DNA of 64,000 bases from Acidobacteriota bacterium (GTDB taxonomy: Bacteria; Acidobacteriota; Thermoanaerobaculia; Multivoradales; JBCCEF01). Of this stretch, positions 10,170 through 19,036 are shown piece after piece; within the stretch, counting starts at the first letter, position 1, and each line of letters starts with the position of its first letter. The translations under genes were made by a program, and so were the position numbers. Location: the NCBI GenBank assembly GCA_039028635.1, contig JBCCHV010000004.1:89385-153384 (forward strand), read 5' to 3'. Below the pieces are notes generated by a model, which worked only from the letters and a program-made list of their open reading frames with translations, was not told the DNA's origin and did not search any database.

Positions 10170-11002
10170 GGGGTCATCGGGCTCTGCTCCTGCTGGTCGC
10201 GCTGGCCGTTCTGTTCGGCTGCCCGATCGGTGGGCCGCAGCCGGCGCCGGACCTGGCGGCGCGCATCGACGACGAGGCGGTGCGCTATCGCGAGTTCGAG
10301 CTCTACCTCGAAGAGCTCCTCGGGGAATCCGGGAGCAGCCTCGAGAGCACCGTGCTGTCGCGCCTCTTCGATGGCTTCTTGGAGGAGCGGCTACTGGTCA
10401 AGCTGGCGGTCGACCGGGTGCTGGTGCCGCAAGGCGCGGCGCCGCGGCAGGCGGTCGAGCGACTGTTGGCGGAAGACCCGCCGCGCGTCCCCGGGGAGGA
10501 GGCCGTCGAGGCCTACTACCAGGCCCACCGCGAAGATTTCGTTCGCCCCGAGCGGGTGCGCTTGCGGCAGATCCTGGTCGCCGAGCGAGAAACGGCCGAG
10601 GAAGCCCTGCGACGCCTTGGTCGCGGTGAGGATTTCGGTGCCGTGGCGCAGGGCTTGTCGGGCGACCTCAATGCCTCCTCGGGCGGCTTCCAGGGGGAGC
10701 TGGCGCGGGATGAGCTGCCGCCCGCCTTTGCGGCTCCGATCTTCGCCCTCGAGCCGGGTGAGGTGAGCGCGATCATCGAGGCCGAGTACGGATTCCACCT
10801 CTTCCAGGTGGTGGCCCGGCTACCGGCCGAGGAGGTGTCGCAGGCCGCCGTGCGCAGCGAGATCGAGCGTCGCTTGCTGCAGGCCGCGACCGCAGAACGG
10901 GTCGCCCAATTGGCTGCAGAAGCGCGGAACCGATACACTCTGGAGGTCTTTGTCAGGAACCTCCCGTTCAACTACCAGAGCTCCTCGCGTGATGAATCGT
11001 AG
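10166..11002 (+). CDS. parvulin-type peptidyl-prolyl cis-trans isomerase, lipoprotein
   Basis: Lipobox LFGC after the signal peptide. Parvulin domain (FQGELARDELPPAFAAPIFALEPGEVSAIIEAEYGFHLFQV). The ATGA overlap with the mfd stop suggests translational coupling. Confidence 0.7.
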   Translation: MRGHRALLLLVALAVLFGCPIGGPQPAPDLAARIDDEAVRYREFELYLEELLGESGSSLESTVLSRLFDGFLEERLLVKLAVDRVLVPQGAAPRQAVERLLAEDPPRVPGEEAVEAYYQAHREDFVRPERVRLRQILVAERETAEEALRRLGRGEDFGAVAQGLSGDLNASSGGFQGELARDELPPAFAAPIFALEPGEVSAIIEAEYGFHLFQVVARLPAEEVSQAAVRSEIERRLLQAATAERVAQLAAEARNRYTLEVFVRNLPFNYQSSSRDES

Positions 11003-12062
11003 TTTTCTCCCGGTGATCTTTCTCTCCCTGCTGGCGCTGCCGGTGTCCGCGGACACCGTGTTCAAGGTGGTGATGAACGTCAATGACGAGATTCACAGCC
11101 TGTACGAATATCAGCAGCGCAAGACGGAGCTCGAGCGCTCGATCCAAGCGCAGACCAACATTTCTCCGGCGCGCCGGCAGGAGCTGCTGGACAACTTGCC
11201 GAAGCAGGTCTTCCGGCAGATGTACGAAGAGCTTCTCCTGCTGTCGCGGGCTCGCCGCGCGGGAGTTTTCGTCAGCGAAGAGGATGTCGACAAGCAGATC
11301 GGTCGCATCCAGGATCGCTTCGGAATCGAGAACGAGGAGGAGTTCCAGCTGGCGCTGGCGCAGAACGGTATGCGCATCGAGGATCTGCGCGAGCAGACCC
11401 GCCGCCAGATGATGATCGACAACCTACTGTTCCAAGAGGTGTCGTCCAAGATCGAGGTTCCGGAAGAGGTGCTGCGGCGCTACTACCGCGAGAATCCGGA
11501 CCAGTTCACCCAGTCCGAGAAGCTGCGGCTGCAAGAGATCGTGGTACTGGAAGACAGTGGCTTGTCGGAGGATGAGCTCGCGCGGATTGCCGACGAGGTG
11601 CGCGCCGCGGTGGCGGCCGGTGGTGACCTCGCCAAGATCGCCGAAACCCGCTCCTCCTCTGGCGAGACCAGCGCTCTGATCGAGCTCGGGTGGATCTCGT
11701 CCGGGGACCTGTCGAAGGATCTCGAAGAGGCGGTGTGGGATCTCGAAGTGGACCAGATCAGCGCCCCCGTCGCGGCTCGTGGAGGCCTTCACCTGGTGCA
11801 GGTGCTCGAGCGCGAGGAAGCCGTAGTGCTGCCCTACACCGAGGTCTCCGACCGGATTCGCCGGCGGGAAGAGAACCTTCGCTATGGCAAAGCCGTCGGC
11901 GAGTTCATGGAGCGCCTCGAAAGCGAGGCCTGGGTCGAGCTCGATCCGCCGCCGGAGGCGGTCGGTTTCCGCGACCTCGGCTCTGGCACCGCCGACGAAA
12001 AGACGCCCCCTCCGCCGCCCGCCGAGGCGAGCGACGAAGACGCCGCCGACCCCTCGACCTAG
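10992..12062 (+). CDS. surA: SurA-like periplasmic chaperone / parvulin PPIase
   Basis: Signal peptide MNRSFLPVIFLSLLALPVSA, a SurA N-terminal chaperone region, then a parvulin domain (ELGWISSGDLSKDLEEAVWDLEVDQISAPV..GLHLVQVLERE). Start placed at the internal ATG at 10992. Confidence 0.65.
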   Translation: MNRSFLPVIFLSLLALPVSADTVFKVVMNVNDEIHSLYEYQQRKTELERSIQAQTNISPARRQELLDNLPKQVFRQMYEELLLLSRARRAGVFVSEEDVDKQIGRIQDRFGIENEEEFQLALAQNGMRIEDLREQTRRQMMIDNLLFQEVSSKIEVPEEVLRRYYRENPDQFTQSEKLRLQEIVVLEDSGLSEDELARIADEVRAAVAAGGDLAKIAETRSSSGETSALIELGWISSGDLSKDLEEAVWDLEVDQISAPVAARGGLHLVQVLEREEAVVLPYTEVSDRIRRREENLRYGKAVGEFMERLESEAWVELDPPPEAVGFRDLGSGTADEKTPPPPPAEASDEDAADPST

Positions 12063-12088
12063 CCCGGCCCGCGGGCTAGCAGGTCGGG

Positions 12089-13150
12089 CTAGTCCGATTT
12101 CTCCCACAGCACGGCGCAGTCCTCGTGCCGAGTTCCCTGGGCGTCCGTCACGGCGAATTTCGCCGGTCCCCACATGCTGACTCCGGCATGATCCCCGTTC
12201 GGTCCGATGAGGTAGAACTTGAGGCCGAAGGCCGGCCGCCCCTGGTCGTCGAGAAGGCGCTTCTCGCTGGTGGCGGCGACCCGCCGCAGGACCTCCAGGC
12301 CAGCATCCGCCGGTGCCTTGCCCTGGCGCATCAGCTCGACAGCGGCGAAGCTGCAGAGGTTCTGAAGGTTGGCTTCGCCGCGGCCGGTGCTGCCGCAGGA
12401 GCCGATGGTGTTGTCGCAGTAGAGGCCGGCGCCGATGATCGGCGAGTCGCCCACGCGGCCGGGAATCTTGAAGGCCAGACCGCTGGTGGTGGTGACACAG
12501 GAGCGATTGCCCTGGGCATCGACAGCGCCGCAGTGAATGGTTCCGGTGGGGCGGTCCAGGCGGAAGAACTTGCGCACCTCCGGGTCGACCTCGTCGAGCG
12601 GCGGAGTCAGCCAGTCGTCGCGATCGGAGAGGGTTTTCTTCCAATAGAGCCAGATTTCGCGCGTCTTGTCGGTGAGGAGATTCTCTTCCTCGAAGCCCTG
12701 GGCGCGGGCGAAACGCAGCGCCCCCTCGCCAACCAACAGGACGTGGTCGGTGTCGCGCGCCACCTCGAGGGCGACTCGCGAGGGGTTGCGGATGTTGCGC
12801 AACGAGGCGACGGCGCCGGCGCGATGGCTGGGGCCGTGCATCACCGCCGCGTCGAGCTCGACCACACCTTCTTCGTTGGGTAAACCGCCCAGGCCGACGG
12901 TCAGGTCGTCGGGGTCGTCCTCCACCAGGTTGACGCCGGCGACCACCGCATCCAGTGTGTCCTCGCCGGCCACCATGCCCTCGTAGGCACGCCGGGTGGC
13001 TTCGAGGCCATTGGCCGACGACACTGCCTTGACCGGAAAGCGGCCAGTCGGTGGGGAAGTGCCGGAGGTCGTCCGGTTCCATCCCAGGCTCAGAGCGGCG
13101 CCACCGGTGGCGGCGAGGAAGGTGCGTCGACTGAGGGCTTTGTCCTTCAT
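12089..13150 (-). CDS. N-terminal nucleophile hydrolase, isoaspartyl peptidase / L-asparaginase (glycosylasparaginase) family, Tat-secreted
   Basis: Tat motif SRRTFLAATGGAAL. Asparaginase_2 family blocks (VELDAAVMHG, the autoproteolytic GTIHCGAVDAQGN, GDSPIIGAGLYCD). Start MKDK at 13148-13150. The longer ORF upstream is an artefact. Confidence 0.65.
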   Translation of the reverse strand: MKDKALSRRTFLAATGGAALSLGWNRTTSGTSPPTGRFPVKAVSSANGLEATRRAYEGMVAGEDTLDAVVAGVNLVEDDPDDLTVGLGGLPNEEGVVELDAAVMHGPSHRAGAVASLRNIRNPSRVALEVARDTDHVLLVGEGALRFARAQGFEEENLLTDKTREIWLYWKKTLSDRDDWLTPPLDEVDPEVRKFFRLDRPTGTIHCGAVDAQGNRSCVTTTSGLAFKIPGRVGDSPIIGAGLYCDNTIGSCGSTGRGEANLQNLCSFAAVELMRQGKAPADAGLEVLRRVAATSEKRLLDDQGRPAFGLKFYLIGPNGDHAGVSMWGPAKFAVTDAQGTRHEDCAVLWEKSD

Positions 13151-13261
13151 GACTCCTCCATCGGGATGAAAATTTGAACGATCAATGAGAGGATATCCGT
13201 TCTGTTTAATCGCAGGGGCCACTCCAACGTTGATTTTCCGAAATCGAGAAAGGAACCCGCC

Positions 13262-14365
13262 ATGCGAGTGATGATCGGATGCCTCGCTATCCTGTCCTTG
13301 GCCGTGCCCGCTACCGCCAGCGTCTCCGTCGAGATGCACGACGACGGTAGCGTGGTGGTCGAAGGCCAGCGCTACGCCACCATCGAAGAGTTCCAGATGT
13401 CGGAGCAGTTCCGCACCGGCGGACACCGCTGCGCCACCAAGACGCCTGCCCAGGTCGATATCAGCCCGCTGCTCGGAGCCGCCGGAGGAGCCGACTGCAG
13501 CTTTACCTCGACCACCATTCGCCCGCAGTACGAGTTCGATGTCAAGGGTGGCACCATCTACCGTGTTCCGGTGGTGTTCCACATCGTGCGCCGGGACAAC
13601 GGTTTCGGTGATGTTTCGGAGGCTTTGGTGCTTAGCCAGCTCGACATCATCAATGAGGACTTCCGTGCCCTCACCGGCACGCCCGGTGCGCCGGGCGTCG
13701 ACACCGGCTTCGAGTTCTACCTGCCGGACACCGATCCGGACGGATTCCCGACCACCGGCATCTACTTCTACAACAACGATGACTGGTTCTCGGATCCCGG
13801 CCCGCAGGTCTTCAACAGCATGAAGAGCGCGCTGGCCTGGGACACCACCCGCTACCTGAACATCTACTCCAACGATTCGGCCGGTGCCCTCGGCTACGCC
13901 ACCTTCCCACAGAACGAGGGCGGCACAATCAACGATGGTGTGGTTCTGCTGTGGTCCTCCGTCGGTCGCGATGCACCCAACGGCGGCATCTACGACCAGG
14001 GCCGTACCGGCACCCACGAGATCGGCCACTGGTTGGGGATCTTCCACAACTTCTCGGGTAGCTGCGGCATGCCGGGCCAGCCCTACACTTCCGGTGACCT
14101 GGTGGGCGACACGGCGCCGCAGGAGTTCCCGTTGTTCAACTGCCCGGCGGGCTCCGCGACCTGCGGCTCGACGGACGACATCGACAACTACATGAACTAC
14201 ACCCAGGACACCTGCATGAGCGCCTTCACGGCGGAGCAGACCAACCGAATGCGTTGCTCCTTCGAGAACTATCGCCAGGAGATCGGCAACCTGCTGCCGA
14301 TCTTCGGTGACAACTTCGAGACCGGCGACCTCACTCGCTGGACCTCCTCGGTGAGCGGCATCTAG
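13262..14365 (+). CDS. secreted zinc metallopeptidase, M43 (pappalysin/ulilysin-cytophagalysin) family
   Basis: Signal peptide. Metzincin zinc site HEIGHWLGIFHNF. M43-like Cys pattern (SGSCGMPGQPY ... CMSAFTAEQTNRM). Confidence 0.7.
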   Translation: MRVMIGCLAILSLAVPATASVSVEMHDDGSVVVEGQRYATIEEFQMSEQFRTGGHRCATKTPAQVDISPLLGAAGGADCSFTSTTIRPQYEFDVKGGTIYRVPVVFHIVRRDNGFGDVSEALVLSQLDIINEDFRALTGTPGAPGVDTGFEFYLPDTDPDGFPTTGIYFYNNDDWFSDPGPQVFNSMKSALAWDTTRYLNIYSNDSAGALGYATFPQNEGGTINDGVVLLWSSVGRDAPNGGIYDQGRTGTHEIGHWLGIFHNFSGSCGMPGQPYTSGDLVGDTAPQEFPLFNCPAGSATCGSTDDIDNYMNYTQDTCMSAFTAEQTNRMRCSFENYRQEIGNLLPIFGDNFETGDLTRWTSSVSGI

Positions 14366-14570
14366 CAGGCGGCTGAAAAAGCCCGCATTGCGGCTTTTCC
14401 AGCGCTGCTAGGTTTTTTCGAGAGGGGCTCCGCGCCCCTGACTGCGCGTCCCGCTCCGGCCCAAGAAGCGCGGTTCTTGGGCCTCCTCTCCCGTCGCGGC
14501 GGCTGCGCCGCCGCCGGGCCCTCTCGGGCCCGGTAGCAGGCTGCTGACGAGTTTTTCAGTGGCCTGCTAG
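14362..14570 (+). mobile_element. MITE-like inverted-repeat element, family A copy 1 (CTAG termini)
   Basis: Begins CTAGCAGGCGGCTGAAAAAGCCCGC and ends GTTTTTCAGTGGCCTGCTAG (terminal inverted repeats). It has internal hairpins and a second copy at 17252-17510. Its first CTAG supplies the TAG stop of the M43 gene. Confidence 0.55.
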
Positions 14571-14611
14571 CAGACCGTCCAAAGAGTCCGCTTCGCGGAT
14601 TTCTCGATCGT

Positions 14612-14655
14612 GTTTTCTGGACGAGCCCTCCTGCGGGAGGGCTCGTTGCGTTTTG
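14612..14655. terminator. putative bidirectional rho-independent terminator between convergent genes
   Basis: GC hairpin GAGCCCTCCtgcgGGAGGGCTC with TTTT on the + side and a TTTTCT complement on the other side. Lies between the M43 gene (+) and paralog P1 (-). Confidence 0.45.
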
Positions 14656-14685
14656 GGAACCGTCGCTTTGCCGGGATCGGCCCGT

Positions 14686-15444
14686 TCAGACCGCTGGACA
14701 GCGCCAGGTGGTCTGTACCGGGATGGAGCCCGGTGGCCGCTCCGCCGTGGGGCCGCAAAGGGCTCCGGCGATCACCGTCGGGTCGGTGGTGCTGGCGGTG
14801 GCCCGCACGACGTTGCGCAGCTCGTCGGTGCAGGCGGCCTCGCCGGTCGCCGGGGCGAGCTCGAAGCTCGAGATCTCGCCGCTGCCGTTCTCGACGTTGA
14901 CTCGAATAGCGTAGGGATTGGGGTTGCACACTTCGACCAGACGGATGGTCGCCGGGAGGCGGGCATCGATGGTGGTCAGCTCGCTCCAGCAGATGCGAGA
15001 GCCACAGCAGGCGCCGCCGAAGACTCCGTTGACCTCGGCGTCTTCGGTGAAGACATCGACGGCACGGGTGTAGCTCTCCATGGTGTCGTCGCGGTCGCGA
15101 GCGTTGAACTGAAAGGTGGTGTCCTCGGTCGGTCGAACCACTCGGCTGCCGCGGGTCTCCTCGGCGGCGATCGGGTCACCGGCGAAGACATCCGGCGACG
15201 AGGTGATGTCGACCCGGATCGGGTCACGACAACCGCTGCCCACCAAGACGCCATCGGGGTTGCGTTCACAACCGCCGTTGGGGCCCAGGTCCCAAGTGAC
15301 GGTGACCGGGTCCGCAGGACAGGTTTCCGTCGGCTCGACCCTTGCCGGCCAGGGCAGGCCGCCCCGGGGCACCGAGCAGGCCGGGGCGAGAAGGGTGATC
15401 AGTAGAACGGCGAGGGCGAGACCTGGGGTTGCTCGCTGGGTCAT
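14686..15444 (-). CDS. Cys-rich secreted lipoprotein, paralog P1 of a 4-member tandem family (unknown function)
   Basis: Signal peptide plus lipobox LLAPAC. About 10 conserved Cys. Shared motifs: CPxDPVTVTW, GCERN, GSGCxDP, GACCGxxxCW, EVCNPN, WRCP. ATG at 15442-15444. Confidence 0.7.
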   Translation of the reverse strand: MTQRATPGLALAVLLITLLAPACSVPRGGLPWPARVEPTETCPADPVTVTWDLGPNGGCERNPDGVLVGSGCRDPIRVDITSSPDVFAGDPIAAEETRGSRVVRPTEDTTFQFNARDRDDTMESYTRAVDVFTEDAEVNGVFGGACCGSRICWSELTTIDARLPATIRLVEVCNPNPYAIRVNVENGSGEISSFELAPATGEAACTDELRNVVRATASTTDPTVIAGALCGPTAERPPGSIPVQTTWRCPAV

Positions 15445-15532
15445 GACTGCCTCCTTTGGAATCGGAGGAGCGGCTGGGGGCACGCTCCTCCTCTCTCAGG
15501 TCGAGGCAGGCGGCGATTTCGTTTCCTCGCCG

Positions 15533-16291
15533 TCAGGCAGGGCAGCGCCAGACGACGTCGACGACGAAGGACCCCGGAGGGTTCGAGACCGTTGGGCTGC
15601 AGTCGGCACCGCCGGTGATCGCCGGGTCGTCGGCTTCGCCGGTGACCCGGGTGACGCCGCTCAAGGGGGGCGTGCAGTTGGCTCCCGATCCCTCCGGCTC
15701 GAGCCCGAAGGTCGACCGCGTGCCGTCGCTCTGCTCGACCGTGAGACGAATCGCGAAACGGTTGTTGTTGCAGATCTCGCTTGGCTCGAGGGTCTCCGGC
15801 AGGTCGCCGCTCGAAGTTTGCTGCAGGTCGCTCCAGCACGGTCGGCGACCGCAGCAGGCGCCCTGGAAGGTGCCTTGGCCAGGAACCTCGTCGGTGATCA
15901 CCTCGATGGTGCGGTCGAATGGGAACAGGGCGTCGTCGGTGTCGAAGGCGCTGAAGTCGATGGTGGTGTCCTCGGTCGGGTTGACGACGCGGGTGCCTCG
16001 GGTCTCTCGCTCGTTGATCGGATCGCTGGCGAAGACATCCGGAGTGGCGGTGATCACCACCCGCGTCGGGTCGCCGCAGCCGCTACCCATGAAGACGCCG
16101 TCCTCATTGCGCTCGCAGCCATCTTCGGGACCGGCATCCCAAGTCACGGTGACCGGGTCGCCAGGGCAGATGGTGGTCGGCTCGACCGATTGGCGCCAGG
16201 CGGTGCCGCGACGGTCGACGTCGCAGGCTGGGGCGATGAGGGCGAAAAGGACGACGAGGACTGGAGCGCAGCGACGAAAAGAGGTGGACAA
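15533..16291 (-). CDS. Cys-rich secreted lipoprotein, paralog P2
   Basis: 252 aa with lipobox LIAPAC. Same conserved motifs as P1, P3 and P4 (ICPGDPVTVTWDAGP, GCERN, GACCGRRPCW, WRCPA). Confidence 0.7.
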   Translation of the reverse strand: MSTSFRRCAPVLVVLFALIAPACDVDRRGTAWRQSVEPTTICPGDPVTVTWDAGPEDGCERNEDGVFMGSGCGDPTRVVITATPDVFASDPINERETRGTRVVNPTEDTTIDFSAFDTDDALFPFDRTIEVITDEVPGQGTFQGACCGRRPCWSDLQQTSSGDLPETLEPSEICNNNRFAIRLTVEQSDGTRSTFGLEPEGSGANCTPPLSGVTRVTGEADDPAITGGADCSPTVSNPPGSFVVDVVWRCPA

Positions 16292-16361
16292 GGGGTGAAA
16301 TCTCCGTGAGTTGAAGATCAGGGGCCGAGAACGGGTCGGCCGGCTTCGGCGAAGGCCACTG

Positions 16362-17123
16362 CTAGGGACTCGGGCATCTCCAGGTGGAGATCACCGGAAT
16401 CGGGGCCGGTGGGTTCTGGATCGTCGGACTGCAGATCGCGCCGGCGGTGAGCGAGGGGTCTGATGCACTGGCGGTGATCTGCGAGACGTTGCGCAACTCG
16501 CCGGTGCAGTCGGGATCGCCGCCGGCGGCCTGGAGATCGAAGTTCGAGATGCCACCGTCGTTGGCTTCCACGACCAGACGGATTCCGAAAGAGTTGGGGT
16601 TGCAGACCTCGACCAGTCGGATGGTGGCCGGCAGGGTGGGATTGCTGCCGGAAATGGGAATCCAGCACAGGGTCGAGCCGCAGCAGGCGCCACCGAAGCC
16701 GTCGTTCAGCACCTGATCTTCGGTGATGACGTCGACCGAGTGACTGTAGCTCGGCAGGGTGTCGTCGCGGTCCGAGGCCATGAAGTCGAAGGTGGTGTCG
16801 GCGCTCGGATTGACCACCCGAGTGCCGGCGGTTTCGGCCGAGGCGATCGGGTCGGCGGCGAAAACGTCCGGTGTCGAGGTGATGGTGACGCGGGTCGGGT
16901 CGCTGCAGCCGCTGCCCATCAAGACCCCCTCGGCATTGCGTTCGCAGCCGCCGTCCGGGCCGGCGTTCCAGGTCACCGTCACCGAATCGCCGGGACAGAT
17001 GATGGTCGGCTCGACGGAGGTCGACCAGCCGATTCCGGTGCGGTTGAGGAGGCAGGCCGGGGCGAGTAGGGCGATGGAGATGGCGGCGAAGGCCGTCGAG
17101 GCGCGCAGGGTGATAGTTCGCAT
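16362..17123 (-). CDS. Cys-rich secreted lipoprotein, paralog P3
   Basis: 254 aa from the internal ATG (MRTITLRAS..LLAPAC). Closest to P1 (LPATIRLVEVCNPN is identical). The upstream extension of the ORF is non-coding. Confidence 0.7.
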   Translation of the reverse strand: MRTITLRASTAFAAISIALLAPACLLNRTGIGWSTSVEPTIICPGDSVTVTWNAGPDGGCERNAEGVLMGSGCSDPTRVTITSTPDVFAADPIASAETAGTRVVNPSADTTFDFMASDRDDTLPSYSHSVDVITEDQVLNDGFGGACCGSTLCWIPISGSNPTLPATIRLVEVCNPNSFGIRLVVEANDGGISNFDLQAAGGDPDCTGELRNVSQITASASDPSLTAGAICSPTIQNPPAPIPVISTWRCPSP

Positions 17124-17251
17124 GATTGGCCTCCTGGATGTTGGGCGGAGGACGAGCGAGATCTCGCTCGGACGGAAGGATTTGATAGCTGTGTAGCAAT
17201 ATCTTACCAGGCCTTTCCAAGGAGGTTGAACTTGCCTAGGGAGCGAGGCGG

Positions 17252-17510
17252 CTAGCAGGCTGCTGAAAAAAGCCCGCTTCGCGACTTTTCCAACGCTGCT
17301 AGCTGTTTGTTTCAGGGGCGCCCGGCGAGGGGGCTGAGCGCCTCCTCGCCTGCGCGGCCCGGCCCGAAAAAGTGCGATCTTCGGCGGCCCGCGTAGGGGC
17401 TCACCCCGTCCAGGGCGGCCCCGTCTCACGGCTTCGCCGCCGGGCCGGGGGCGCCCAGCCCTCTCGGGCCCGGGAGCAGGTTGCCGATGGGTTTTTCAGT
17501 AACCTGTTAG
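17252..17510 (+). mobile_element. MITE-like inverted-repeat element, family A copy 2
   Basis: CTAGCAGGCTGCTGAAAAAAGCCCGC ... GTTTTTCAGTAACCTGTTAG. Same termini and internal blocks as copy 1, with a roughly 50 bp longer GC-rich interior. Its last bases supply the TAA stop of P4. It sits in the promoter region of P3. Confidence 0.55.
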
Positions 17511-18265
17511 GAGCAGGACCAGGTTTCGAGAACTCGGAACGGCCGCGGGGGAACGGCGAGCACGCCGGAGCATCCGGAACCCGCGGTGACGGTTGCGGAG
17601 CGCGTGCTCCCGGAGACCTGGCGCACGACCCCATCGAGCGCTCCTGTGCAGGCCGATTCGTCGCCGGCGGCGCCGAGGTCGAAGGTGCGAATGCCACCGT
17701 CCGTCGCGACCGATACGGTGACCCGAAAGTCGTTGGGATTGCACAGCTCGATGAGCTCGGCGGTCTCAGGAATCCAGGATTTGTCGAGGTCGAGCTGTTG
17801 CCAGCTTGGCCGCCGGCCATCGCAAATGCCATAGAACCAGCCGCTGTCGATGTTCGCTTCGGTCATCACCGACACGACGTGGTTGAGCGGCCCGACGGTG
17901 TCGTTGCGTCCGCTGGCGGTGAAGCTGATCGAGGTGTTCTCGACCGGCCGGATGGTGCGACTGCCGGCCGTTTCGCGCGGGTCGATCGGATCGGCTGTGA
18001 AGACATCTGGGGTGGAGCGAACGGCGATGCGGGTCGGATGGCCGCAATTGGCGGGACCGCCGACGAATTCGCCCGCTGCGTTGCGGCGACAGCCGCTCCA
18101 CGGTCCAGCATTCCAGGTGACCGTGACCTCATCCCCTGGGCAGATCAGAGTCGGTTCGACCTCGGATTGCCAGGTATTCGGTGGCGAGGGTGGGGCGAGA
18201 AAGCAGGCCGGGGCGGTAAGGCTCAGGGCGAGAGCTGAGAGTGCAAGCAGGTTTCCACGAGACAT
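17507..18265 (-). CDS. Cys-rich secreted lipoprotein, paralog P4 (most divergent)
   Basis: 252 aa from MSRGNLLALSALALSLTAPAC. Retains ICPGDEVTVTWNAGP, ELCNPN and TWSCS but has lost the GACCG block (GICDG instead). Confidence 0.65.
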   Translation of the reverse strand: MSRGNLLALSALALSLTAPACFLAPPSPPNTWQSEVEPTLICPGDEVTVTWNAGPWSGCRRNAAGEFVGGPANCGHPTRIAVRSTPDVFTADPIDPRETAGSRTIRPVENTSISFTASGRNDTVGPLNHVVSVMTEANIDSGWFYGICDGRRPSWQQLDLDKSWIPETAELIELCNPNDFRVTVSVATDGGIRTFDLGAAGDESACTGALDGVVRQVSGSTRSATVTAGSGCSGVLAVPPRPFRVLETWSCS

Positions 18266-18500
18266 GGGGGCTCCTTCGGGATCGCGTCCGCTCGGCGGAT
18301 CTATTGGATCGGGAATCTGTCTCTTTCGGCGCAGCGCCGCATCGCCTGACCAGGCGACCACCGGTGAGCTGGAAGAGCAGAACGCTTTTGGGGACGGTCG
18401 TCGAGGCTGCCGGTGCGTTACTGGATACGATGCGCCGGAACTGGGCAGGGGGGTGGGGAACCCCCCTGGACGAAGCTACCTGCTGAGAGGGGCTCGGCGG

Positions 18501-18875
18501 TCAGCCAGCCGGCGGCTGGAAGAGTGCGAAGGGCGCCCCGGCGGGGTCCTTGACGACGCAATAGCGGCCGTGCTCGCCCATGTCCTTGGGGCCGGCGACG
18601 ATCTCGCCGCCGCGCGCCCGGCAGGCGGCGAGGCTGGCATCGAGGTCGGCGACGTTGATGTAGATCAGCCAGGCGGCCGGCAGTCCGGTGTTGCCGCCGC
18701 GGGCGTGGCAGACTCCGGCCACCGGCTCGCCGCTGGCGTTCATGTTGAAGTCGCAGTACTCGCCCATGTCGACATCGCTGGGCTCCCAGCCCACCACCGC
18801 CTGGTAGAAGTCCCGAACCTCTTCGGTGTTGTCGATCGTCAGGTCGATCCAACCGATCTTGCCGATGTCGCTCAT
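18501..18875 (-). CDS. VOC/glyoxalase-bleomycin resistance family protein
   Basis: 124 aa from MSDIGKIGWIDLTIDN, preceded by a GGAGGAGAAGG RBS. Has the VOC fold pattern (DFYQAVVGWEP ... PFALFQPPAG). Confidence 0.6.
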   Translation of the reverse strand: MSDIGKIGWIDLTIDNTEEVRDFYQAVVGWEPSDVDMGEYCDFNMNASGEPVAGVCHARGGNTGLPAAWLIYINVADLDASLAACRARGGEIVAGPKDMGEHGRYCVVKDPAGAPFALFQPPAG

Positions 18876-19036
18876 CGCCTTCTCCTCCCGAATTCTGTTT
18901 GCGGACCGCGTTTCGTTGCCTCGATGAAGGCCCCGAGTATAAGCCGACGACCGAGCCAATCCTTCTCCGGCCTTGACAGAGCTGCGGCCCCCTTCTTCGC
19001 CCTCGCGCCGGGCTTCGGCGGCGTTACCATGGCGCC

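Noticed and set aside
12062-12089. Possible convergent terminator after surA (CCCGCGGG palindrome)
   Set aside because: The stem is only about 8 bp of pure GC and lacks a convincing U-tract, so there is too little support to annotate it.
11424-13082. 552-aa minus-strand ORF spanning the surA 3' end and the asparaginase gene
   Set aside because: Low-complexity RRGR composition. The asparaginase is encoded in a different frame of the same strand (12089-13150), and surA on the opposite strand.
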